A DNA stretch of 35,521 nt, taken from Chloroflexota bacterium (GTDB lineage Bacteria; Chloroflexota; Limnocylindria; Limnocylindrales; CSP1-4). Of the stretch, positions 15,971 to 23,863 are shown piece after piece. The notes under the pieces were generated by a model. The model made no database searches, was not told where the DNA came from, and worked only from the letters and a program-made list of their open reading frames with translations. Positions within the stretch are counted from its first letter, which is position 1, and each line of letters opens with the position of its first letter. The position numbers and the translations under genes were made by a program. The stretch lies in contig VGPE01000002.1 in the NCBI GenBank assembly GCA_016875645.1, forward strand, positions 1 through 35,521. Reading direction: 5' to 3'.

Positions 15971-17911
15971 TCAGGCCTCGGCGTCGAGCACCTGGTCGAT
16001 GGCCAGCCAGCGCCGGTCGAGCGCAAGATGGAGCACGGTCGGGCCCGGATGCGCGAGTGCGTCGCGCAATGCCGGTTCGAACGACGCGTCGTCCGCGATT
16101 GTCACGCCCTGCGCTCCGCAGGCCCGTGCCACCGCCGCGAAGTCGATCGGGCCAAGGTCGGTCGCGAGGGGCCGGCCGTTGCCGCGCTTCTCCTGGTGTG
16201 CGCGGATCGTGCCGTAGCGCTGGTTGTCGAACACCAGTGCGACGACCCGGGCACGTTCGCGGACCGCCGTCTCAAGCTCGGCCATCAGCATCGCGAACCC
16301 GCCGTCGCCGGCGAGCGCGATCGCGTGGCGGTTCGGACGCGTGACACCGGCCGCGATCGCGGCCGGCAGGGCATAGCCCATCGCGCCCGACGTCGGACCG
16401 AGGAACGTTCCGGGCCGGCTGAATCGCAGTCCGCGCGCCGCCCAGTGTCCGAAGTTGCCCGCGTCGGTCGTGACCACCGTGTCGGCGCTCAGCACCGACG
16501 AGAGCGTTGCCACGATCCGGCCAGGGTGGACGCCAGGGCCGTCCCACGGCTCACCGCCCACGACGGACGCGGCCTCGTACGCCGCCCGGTCCTCGCGGTT
16601 GAGGACCTCGCGTGCCTGGATCACTGCGGCCTCGAGGGCGCCGGCCCGCAGCCGCTCGACGGCACTCCGCAGGAAGCTGCGCGTGTCCGCGGTGACCGAG
16701 AGGCGCGGCGCCGGCAGGCCGGGGGCATTCGTGCGTGGTTCGAGGTCCACGTGGGCCCAGGCCTGGCCTCTCGCGGGGATGCTGTAGTCGTAGGACGTCG
16801 GCTCGTTGAGGCGGCTGCCGAGCACGAGCAGGAAGTCCGCGGCGCGCAGCCGCTCACGCACAGTCGCCGGCGATGCGTAGCCGGCCATGCCCAGGTAGAG
16901 CGGGTGCTCGTTGGGGAAGACGTCCGGGCGCCGCCAGGACGCGACCACCGGCACCTCGAGCATCTCGGCGAGCTGGACAAGGTCCGCGGTCGCGCGGGCG
17001 CGCAGGACACCGGCCCCAGCCAGGATCAACGGCCGCCGTGCGGCAGCAAGGTGGTGGAGGACGCGCCGCACCGCGGACGTGTCGAGGTCCGGCGAACGCG
17101 GCCGGAACGGCGGCGGCTCGATCGACTGGGGGAAGGTGTCGTCGAAGAGGTCCTCGGGGACCGACAGGTACACCGGACCCGGGCGGCCGGCTCGCAGGTG
17201 GCGGCTCAGTTCATCGAGAGCAGCGGGCACGGCGTTCCGGTCGGACAGCTCGGTCGCCCACTTGGCGAGGCGTCCGAACGAGGCCACCTGGTCCACCTCC
17301 TGGAACGCCTCGCGACCGCGATGGCGGCGAGCGACCTGGCCCGCGATCACGATCATCGGCGTGGAGTTCTGGCGCGCGGTGTGGACGGCGATCGCAAGGT
17401 TTGCGGCCCCGACGGCTCGCGTCCCGATCGCAAGGGCAGGGCGACCGGTCAACTGCCCGTATGCCTCCGCCATGAACCCGGCGCCGCCCTCGTGGCGTGT
17501 CGTGATCACGCGGACCCCCTCGTCCGCAAGCGCCTCGAGCAGGCCCAGGAAGCTCTCGCCGGGAACGGTGAAGGCCATCCGCACGCCGAACCCGCGCAAT
17601 GCGCGGGCGATCAGCGTCGCAACCGACATCGGCACGGCCGGTTCGGCAGGGGCAGCGGGCTCCGCAGGGGTGGCGGCCTCGGCGGCCAGCTCGGCGACGG
17701 CGACAGGCTCGGCTTCGAGCGTCACCGGCTCGGCGACGGCGACAGGCTCGGCGACGGCGACAGGCTCGGCTTCGAGCGTCACCGGCTCGGCGACCAGTGC
17801 CGTTTCGCCGACCGGCTCATGCCCGATCGTCATGTCGGTCTCGGCTTCGAGCTCCTCGATGAGTCCGGACCCGGAGGCCTGGGGCTTGGTCAGGGTCCCG
17901 TCGTCAACCAT
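15971..17911 (-). CDS. Thiamine-pyrophosphate-dependent enzyme (acetolactate synthase large subunit-like family) with ~94-aa acidic Pro/Ala/Val/Glu repeat N-terminal extension
   Basis: The TPP-enzyme core starts at MSVATLIARALRGFGVRMAFTVPGESFLGLLEAL. The TPP-binding motif is ALAGDGGFAMLMAELETAV. ATG 17911 has GGAG 6 nt upstream, whereas the internal ATG 17629 (core start) has no SD, so the long form is favoured. Confidence 0.8.
   Translation of the reverse strand: MVDDGTLTKPQASGSGLIEELEAETDMTIGHEPVGETALVAEPVTLEAEPVAVAEPVAVAEPVTLEAEPVAVAELAAEAATPAEPAAPAEPAVPMSVATLIARALRGFGVRMAFTVPGESFLGLLEALADEGVRVITTRHEGGAGFMAEAYGQLTGRPALAIGTRAVGAANLAIAVHTARQNSTPMIVIAGQVARRHRGREAFQEVDQVASFGRLAKWATELSDRNAVPAALDELSRHLRAGRPGPVYLSVPEDLFDDTFPQSIEPPPFRPRSPDLDTSAVRRVLHHLAAARRPLILAGAGVLRARATADLVQLAEMLEVPVVASWRRPDVFPNEHPLYLGMAGYASPATVRERLRAADFLLVLGSRLNEPTSYDYSIPARGQAWAHVDLEPRTNAPGLPAPRLSVTADTRSFLRSAVERLRAGALEAAVIQAREVLNREDRAAYEAASVVGGEPWDGPGVHPGRIVATLSSVLSADTVVTTDAGNFGHWAARGLRFSRPGTFLGPTSGAMGYALPAAIAAGVTRPNRHAIALAGDGGFAMLMAELETAVRERARVVALVFDNQRYGTIRAHQEKRGNGRPLATDLGPIDFAAVARACGAQGVTIADDASFEPALRDALAHPGPTVLHLALDRRWLAIDQVLDAEA
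17692..17795 (-). repeat. In-frame tandem DNA repeat built from an 18-nt unit (cggcgacggcgacaggct) and a 21-nt unit (cggcttcgagcgtcaccggct) in the order 18-21-18-18-21
   Basis: Read directly from the plus strand: 17692-17709, 17710-17730, 17731-17748, 17749-17766, 17767-17787, then a partial copy. It encodes AEPVTLEAEPVAVAEPVAVAEPVTLEAEPVAV. Confidence 0.9.
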
Positions 17912-18023
17912 GCTCGACTCCGATCACAACGGCATGGTGATGCTCGACAGGACGAGTCCGACGGCGAGGATCACCGCTACAACGATGAAGACAGCGCGCG
18001 CGAGGCGCGCCCCGGGAAGCATC

Positions 18024-18515
18024 CTAGCGGTAATTCTGGAACTGGAGGGGAACCGTCTCGTCCAGTTCGCGCAGCCGCGTGATCACGCGCTGCAGGTCGT
18101 CCTTGGATTTTCCCGAGACCCGCACGGCATCACCCTGGATCTGCGGCTTCACCTTTGGAAACTCGTCGCGAATCAACCTGGAGATCTTCTTCGCCAGGTC
18201 CTCGGCGAGCCCGCGCCGGAGCGTGATGACCTGGCGGACCTTGTTCCCACCCGCTGGCTCGATCCTGCCCCAGTCGAAGATCTTGAGCGAGAGGTTGCGT
18301 TTGATCGCCTTCGACTCGATGAGGTCGCGGATGGCCTTCGCGCGGAACTCGTCGTCGGTGACGAGCGTGATGTCCTCTTTGCCCTGGGTCAAGTCCACCG
18401 TCGCGCCCTTGAAGTCGAACCGCTGCTGGACCTCGCGACGCACCTGGTCGAGGGCGTTGCGCAGTTCCTGCTCGTCGAACTCGCTCACGACGTCGAACGA
18501 GACGTCTCCCGCCAT
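18024..18515 (-). CDS. yajQ: YajQ family (UPF0234) nucleotide / cyclic-di-GMP-binding protein
   Basis: From ATG 18515, 163 aa: MAGDVSFDVVSEFDEQELRNALDQVRREVQQRFDFKG... is the canonical YajQ N-terminus and length. The upstream 49 codons of the ORF are Arg/Ala-rich and were rejected. Confidence 0.9.
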   Translation of the reverse strand: MAGDVSFDVVSEFDEQELRNALDQVRREVQQRFDFKGATVDLTQGKEDITLVTDDEFRAKAIRDLIESKAIKRNLSLKIFDWGRIEPAGGNKVRQVITLRRGLAEDLAKKISRLIRDEFPKVKPQIQGDAVRVSGKSKDDLQRVITRLRELDETVPLQFQNYR

Positions 18516-18537
18516 TGGGCGGCTCCTTCCCTTCCTG

Positions 18538-18924
18538 TCAACCCTCGCCGCGCCGATGCCACCACTGCCGGTATCGCGCGCAGCGACCGTCCTGCATCTC
18601 GAACGTGCTGAACCCGGCCGAGCGGACGCGCTGGCGGCTGCCGCGGTCCACCGCGCTGGCATGCCACGCGGACAGGATGGTCGCCCCGCTCACCCAGTGC
18701 CGCTGGATCTCGAATTCGGACTGCGCCTCGCGGGCCGCTCTCTCGAGCAGGAGGGCGCGCAACCCATTGTGCCCGACCACCGGCGCGGAAAACGGATCGG
18801 CATGGTACTCCGCATCCTCGCTGAAGAGCGCGACCCAGTCGTCACCGTCGAACGTGGTCAGGGCGGCGGCGTAGCGGGCCAGGAAGTCTGCGGCTTCCGC
18901 GTAGCCGATCTGCGCCGGGGTCAT
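18538..18924 (-). CDS. NTF2-like / SnoaL-like fold protein
   Basis: 128 aa. FLARYAAALTTFDGDDWVALFSEDAEYHADPF... is typical of the SnoaL/NTF2-like small barrel. The start overlaps the upstream stop (ATGA at 18921-18924). Confidence 0.5.
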   Translation of the reverse strand: MTPAQIGYAEAADFLARYAAALTTFDGDDWVALFSEDAEYHADPFSAPVVGHNGLRALLLERAAREAQSEFEIQRHWVSGATILSAWHASAVDRGSRQRVRSAGFSTFEMQDGRCARYRQWWHRRGEG

Positions 18925-20513
18925 GGGCGCAATCCGGCACCCGTCAGCCGCTCCAGGAGCAGGCGTCCGATGCGGTAGCTGCGGCCGCCGCCCATGACGA
19001 GGACGGCGTCGCCCGATCGAACCATGCCGGCCAGCCAGGCCGCGGTCTCCTCGACGGTCCCGGGTGCGGCGACTTCGAGCGCCGGAGCACGGCCCGCGAC
19101 AGCTTCGGCCAGGGCCTGCGCAGACGCGACCGAGGGATCCGGGTCGCGCCCGGCCCAGATCTCCGCGATCGCGACCGCGTCCGCCGTGGCGAGCGCGTCC
19201 GCGAACGCATCAAGCAGCGCCGCGGTCCGGTGGTAGGTCAGCGGCTCGTACACGGCCCACACGCGCCGACCCGGCTCGCGCTGGCGGATGGCGGAAAGTG
19301 TCGCGCGGATTGCCGTGGGGTGGTGCCCGTAGTCGTCGTAGACGACGACGCCGGCCGCCTCGCCCAGGCGCTCCAGGCGGCGACCGACGCCCACGAACGA
19401 GGCAAGGCCTGCGGCAATCGCCCGCGGCGAAACCCCGAGGGCATGGGCAACCGCCGCCACGCCGGTGGCGTTCGCCGCGTTATGGCGGCCGGCCGTGGAG
19501 AGGCGTACGGGAACCGCGCCGGCCAGCTCGTCGAGGCCGTGCAGCTCGACGAGGGTGCCATCCGGGCGCTCCTCGCGGATGCGCCCGACCACTGCGCGCG
19601 TGGACCCGAGGCCGGTCGCGAACCCGGAGGCAATGCCCCGCACGTAGCCACCCGGCCGGCCCGGCGGGCCCTCCAGCAAGGCGAACGCCACCAGCCGGCC
19701 ACGCCAGTCCGTCAGCCTATCCAGGAGTTCCACTACACCTCGGTCGCCCACGTTGGCGACGAGCGTCGGTGGCTCATCGTCGGTGCCGGCCTGGCCGGCT
19801 GCCGCCGCCCGGAGCCAGCGCTCCACGGCGTCGATGACCGCGGCACGGTCCGCGAAGACGTCCGGGTGGTCCCAGTCGAGATTGTTCACGAGGGCGACTG
19901 ACGGCACGTACGGGTCGAAATTGCCCGCGTATTCGTCGGCCTCCACCACGAAGGCGTCACCGCGACCGGTGCGGGCCGTGGCGGGCAGCCCGCCGGTCAC
20001 CACAGCCGGAAGCAGCGCGCCGACGAAGGCGGACGGGTCAAGGCCGGCGTCGACCAGCAGGTGCACCAGCCAGCCCGCGCATGTGCTCTTGCCGTGCGTG
20101 CCCGCGATGGCAATGAGCCGCCGGTGACTGCCCGCATCCGCAACCACCTGCTGCCACGGTTCGACCGGGACCCCGAGCGAGCGCGCTGCCGCCAACTCCG
20201 GGTGGCCGGGATCCACCGCGGTCAGCGCCTTGGTCACGGCCAGCCGGTCCGGGCGCCGGCCGCCCGTCACGTGCACTGGACTGTGCTCCCATTCGAGACG
20301 AATCCCGATCGCGTCCAGGGCGGACGTGTAGGGCGAAGGCCCGCCCGGATCACAGCCGGTGACCACGGCGCCCGCCCCAGCGGCCAGCAGCGCGGCCGCG
20401 CTTGCGCCGGCACCCGCAACTCCAACCACGTGGATCCGCTCGTCCGCGTGGATGCGGCGGGCCGTCCGGGCCGGCGCGAGTCCGGCACCCACCGCGGCTG
20501 CCGTGCGCGTCAC
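18921..20513 (-). CDS. Mur ligase family enzyme, UDP-N-acetylmuramate--L-alanine ligase (MurC)-like or Mpl-like
   Basis: Motifs are RIHVVGVAGAGASAAALLAAGAGAVVTGCD (N-terminal Rossmann), IAIAGTHGKSTCAGWL (P-loop) and YDDYGHHPTAI (MurC-type C-terminal domain motif). The GTG start overlaps the cinA stop (GTGA at 20510-20513). Confidence 0.7.
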   Translation of the reverse strand: MTRTAAAVGAGLAPARTARRIHADERIHVVGVAGAGASAAALLAAGAGAVVTGCDPGGPSPYTSALDAIGIRLEWEHSPVHVTGGRRPDRLAVTKALTAVDPGHPELAAARSLGVPVEPWQQVVADAGSHRRLIAIAGTHGKSTCAGWLVHLLVDAGLDPSAFVGALLPAVVTGGLPATARTGRGDAFVVEADEYAGNFDPYVPSVALVNNLDWDHPDVFADRAAVIDAVERWLRAAAAGQAGTDDEPPTLVANVGDRGVVELLDRLTDWRGRLVAFALLEGPPGRPGGYVRGIASGFATGLGSTRAVVGRIREERPDGTLVELHGLDELAGAVPVRLSTAGRHNAANATGVAAVAHALGVSPRAIAAGLASFVGVGRRLERLGEAAGVVVYDDYGHHPTAIRATLSAIRQREPGRRVWAVYEPLTYHRTAALLDAFADALATADAVAIAEIWAGRDPDPSVASAQALAEAVAGRAPALEVAAPGTVEETAAWLAGMVRSGDAVLVMGGGRSYRIGRLLLERLTGAGLRP

Positions 20514-21031
20514 GCGTCTCCCACCCGTTGAACCGCCTCGAGCAGCAACTCCAGGGCTGCGCGGGCGCTGGCGAGTTTGTTGGCCCGGCGATCGCCACTC
20601 CAGACCTGGCGGCGGACTTCCATGCCAGTCGGCCCGGCGACGGCGACGTAGGTGAGGCCGACGGGCTTCGACGGGGTTCCGCCGTCGGGTCCGGCCACGC
20701 CGGTCACGGCGACCGCGAAATCGCTCCCGATCGCGGCGCGCACGCCTTCCGCCATCGCCCGCGCCACCTGGGCGCTGACGGCCCCGTGGGAGTGCACCAG
20801 GGCGGCGGGGACGTGCAGCGCACTGCCCTTCACATCATCGGCATAGGCCACCACGCCGCCCCGGAAGTGTCCGCTGGCACCGGGCACCTCGGTGATCACG
20901 TGGGCCACCAACCCCCCGGTGCAGGACTCGGCCGTGGCCAGCGTGAGGCCGCGGGCTCGGAATCGCCCCTGGACCGTGGTCGCGAGCCGGACGAGAGTGT
21001 CGAGATCGGGCGCGGGCCCGGGGTCAATCAC
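20510..21031 (-). CDS. pncC: CinA C-terminal domain protein (nicotinamide-nucleotide amidohydrolase PncC-like)
   Basis: 173 aa with LATAESCTGGLVAHVITEVPGASGHFRGGVVAYADDVK and GVAGPDGGTPSKPVGLTYVAV, the hallmark CinA/PncC motifs. Confidence 0.85.
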   Translation of the reverse strand: MIDPGPAPDLDTLVRLATTVQGRFRARGLTLATAESCTGGLVAHVITEVPGASGHFRGGVVAYADDVKGSALHVPAALVHSHGAVSAQVARAMAEGVRAAIGSDFAVAVTGVAGPDGGTPSKPVGLTYVAVAGPTGMEVRRQVWSGDRRANKLASARAALELLLEAVQRVGDA

Positions 21032-21091
21032 GCTCGCCTCCTACGCCGCCGGGTTCGGCGGGCTCCACCGGCGCGCAACGCGCCAGGCCCT

Positions 21092-23629
21092 CTACGTGAT
21101 TGCCGCGACGATCAATCGAGCATACGCCTGGGTCCCTTCACGGTTCAGATGGATCCCGTCCCGGGCCATGGCGTTGACTACCTCGTCACTCTCGCTGTGC
21201 CAATCAACCATCGCCGCGTTCGGATAGCGCGCCACGTTCTGGCTCAGCGTGCGATTGGTGTAGCTCTCCCAGGGCCGCGGCACTTTAACGTTCACGAAGA
21301 CCACCAAGCGAACACCCTTGAGCGTCGCCATCGCCTGGTCGAACTGGCGCTTGCTGATCGGACCGTTCGTCCCCAGGTGGACGACCACGATGTCCGGCAG
21401 GGTGCCGGCCGCCAGTCGCGCGCGGAGGATGCGGATGCCGTCGTTGAACTGGCGGCTGACTGCGGCGTTGACCTCGATGCTGGCGAACTGCCTGCGGATC
21501 TCCTTCACGGCCCCCAGCATCACGGAGTCCCCGATCGCAAGCACCCGTTCCTGGACCCGAGCCACCGACGTCGGCGCTGAGGTCGCCTGCGCGGACGGCT
21601 TGGGCGTCGAACCGGACGTGGCGACCGCCGCGGGCAGCAGGCCCGGTGGGGCCGCCGACCCGTCGGCAACCGGGGTCGTGGCGGCGGGTTCGTCCGGATC
21701 GATCGACGGCGCCGCGCCGGACGGTGCGGCCCGGGGTGTCGGGCCGAGCACCTGCGTGGCCGGCGCCGCCGTCGGAACGAACCCTGCGGTCGGTCCGCTG
21801 GCCGCACCCGTCGTGGGCTGGGCGGTCGCGGGCTCGTGCGTGGCAGCCGGCGTAAACGGGTCGGTCCCCGATGCTGCCGGATCGCCCGCTGAGGCCGTCG
21901 TCCCACCGTCGGCCGGGTCTGCTGCCGGGTCGTCGGTCGCCCCCCCATCGCTCGATCCGTCGCCCAGCCCGGGGTCATCGGCGCCGACGTCCAGGTTCGG
22001 GTCCACGTTGGGATCGCCCGGGTCGAAGCTGCCCAGTTCGGGATCGTCAATGGCATCCGGGTCCGCCGCGGTGGTGTCGTCCCCACTGGCCTCTGATGCA
22101 GATGCTGGCTCGGTCCCGACCAGATAGGAGGGCATCTGTGCGGGCGGTGCCGCCAGGACCTGGGCGCCGATCGCAGCGACCAGGATCGCGACGAGCAGGC
22201 CGGCAGGGACGACGGACCAGCGTGGGCTGCGCCCGACGCGGCCGTCCCGGGACCTCCAGCTGGACCTGGTGCGACCGAGTGCACCCTCTCGGATGGGACG
22301 CTCGACGAAACGGTAGGAGACGTCGGCGAGGACAAGCGTGACACCAAGCCGGATCGCCAGCGCCGTCGCGCCGTCGAAGGGGACGTCGATCCCGGGCCGC
22401 GTCACCACGAAGACCGGCCAGTGCCACAGGTAGATCGAGTACGAGCGGACTCCCAGCCAGCGGATCGGGCCCCACTCGAGCACGCGGCCCACCATGCCGC
22501 CCGGCCGGACGACGAGGGCGATGATCAGCGCGCTCAGCAATGCGACGAATTGGAGACCGCCCAGGTAGAGGAATTCGTCGTACGCGGTCAGCGAAAGGAA
22601 CAGCACGCACAGCAGCGCGAGCGACGCGACGGCGGCCGCATCCGCAGCGAAACCCCGCAGCCGGCGACGGGTGGCCCCTGCGTGTGCGGCCATGGCGGCG
22701 CGGTCGGGCACCCAGACAAACGCCAGGGCAGCCCCGACCAGGAGCCCGAGCGTCCGCGTGTCGGTCCCGAAGTAGATCCGAGAGGGATCCACGTCGGGGT
22801 CGAAGAGAGCCGCCATCCAGATGCCCGACAGCCAGGCCAGCAGCAGCGTCACGAGCAGCGCACCCTGCCGCCGGAACAGGACGAGCAACGTGATCAGGGC
22901 CGGCGGCCACAGCAGGTAGAACTGCTCCTCGACAGCGAGCGACCACAGGTGTCCGAGGGGGGATGGGCGGCCAACCGACTCGAAGTACGACTGTTCGTGG
23001 AACACGAGGTACCAATTGGTGACGTAGGCCAGTGCGGCTGCGGCGTCCGAGCGGAGGCGGGCAACCTCGTCCGGCAGCGCCACCAGTGTGAACACCATCA
23101 CACCGGCGAGCAGGAAGAACACGGCCGGGAGCAGGCGTCGAGCGCGGCGCAGCCAGAACCTGCGCAGACCGATGGTCCCCCGTCGGGCCCACTCGGCAAG
23201 CAGCAGCGCGGTGATGAGGTAGCCGCTGATCACGAAGAAGACGTCGACGCCGAGGAACCCACCGGGCATGACGTCGAGGTCCGAGTGGTAGAGCAGCACC
23301 GCCACGACCGCGATCGCACGAAGTCCGTCGAGTCCGGTCAGATGGCCGAGGCGCCCCGGCCACCAGGATCGTGCCGGCGCGGGAGCGGCCAGGGCCACTG
23401 GCTGGGGGATCGCGGTCGCTGCCACCTCGTGCTGGGTCACGGGGACGCTGATCACCGGCACCTCGTCCGCGGGCGGTGCCGCGGTCAGCCAGCCGCTGCC
23501 CCGCGGTGGCTCCAGCTCCAGCAGCTCCTGGACGCGTTGCCGGCGCGACCGGAGCCGGGCCGCGGCCTCCAGCCAGCTTGGATCCCGGGGGCGATCATTC
23601 CGGCCTTTCGCCCGTGCTCGGCGCGCCAC
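21092..23629 (-). CDS. Acyltransferase-3 (OafA/OatA-type) membrane O-acyltransferase fused via a long low-complexity linker to an SGNH-like hydrolase domain
   Basis: LDGLRAIAVVAVLLYHS...GGFLGVDVFFVISGYLIT (AT3 signature) plus about 10 TM helices. An Asp/Pro/Ala/Thr/Gly/Ser-rich segment follows, then VLAIGDSVMLGA...VVVHLGTNG...VFVN (SGNH blocks). The start is GTG, and the N-terminal ~100 aa are uncertain. Confidence 0.85.
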   Translation of the reverse strand: MARRARAKGRNDRPRDPSWLEAAARLRSRRQRVQELLELEPPRGSGWLTAAPPADEVPVISVPVTQHEVAATAIPQPVALAAPAPARSWWPGRLGHLTGLDGLRAIAVVAVLLYHSDLDVMPGGFLGVDVFFVISGYLITALLLAEWARRGTIGLRRFWLRRARRLLPAVFFLLAGVMVFTLVALPDEVARLRSDAAAALAYVTNWYLVFHEQSYFESVGRPSPLGHLWSLAVEEQFYLLWPPALITLLVLFRRQGALLVTLLLAWLSGIWMAALFDPDVDPSRIYFGTDTRTLGLLVGAALAFVWVPDRAAMAAHAGATRRRLRGFAADAAAVASLALLCVLFLSLTAYDEFLYLGGLQFVALLSALIIALVVRPGGMVGRVLEWGPIRWLGVRSYSIYLWHWPVFVVTRPGIDVPFDGATALAIRLGVTLVLADVSYRFVERPIREGALGRTRSSWRSRDGRVGRSPRWSVVPAGLLVAILVAAIGAQVLAAPPAQMPSYLVGTEPASASEASGDDTTAADPDAIDDPELGSFDPGDPNVDPNLDVGADDPGLGDGSSDGGATDDPAADPADGGTTASAGDPAASGTDPFTPAATHEPATAQPTTGAASGPTAGFVPTAAPATQVLGPTPRAAPSGAAPSIDPDEPAATTPVADGSAAPPGLLPAAVATSGSTPKPSAQATSAPTSVARVQERVLAIGDSVMLGAVKEIRRQFASIEVNAAVSRQFNDGIRILRARLAAGTLPDIVVVHLGTNGPISKRQFDQAMATLKGVRLVVFVNVKVPRPWESYTNRTLSQNVARYPNAAMVDWHSESDEVVNAMARDGIHLNREGTQAYARLIVAAIT

Positions 23630-23863
23630 GTCAGGCCAGCCTCACGATGAGGCCGTCACAGACGGCGCGGCAGGTCGGGCTGGCGGTCATTGGTGTGGAC
23701 AACTCACAGCAGTTGCGGTCATGACGGCGGTGGCGGTTGCCGTGCCGACGGTCGAACCGATTGATCGTGCGCCCTGGCAGGACTCCAGCACGCTGGCACC
23801 ATGGTCCCATCTTGCGCGGCGTTCGGCATCCCCATGCGGGCAATTTTCCGCAGATTCACCGCG

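Noticed and set aside
15734-18611. Long plus-strand ORFs 15734..18082 (782 aa) and 16911..18611 (566 aa)
   Set aside because: They are antisense to the TPP enzyme and yajQ, have extreme Arg/Gly/Pro or Ser/Ala/Arg composition, and carry no motifs. The minus-strand genes have clear family signatures.
23630-23863. 234-nt, locally AT-richer spacer between the rodZ-like stop and the acyltransferase start, as an sRNA, tRNA or promoter
   Set aside because: There is no cloverleaf-compatible sequence, no convincing -35/-10 pair at proper spacing and only weak hairpins. The 70-aa ORF 23631..23843 is Arg/Cys-rich and implausible.
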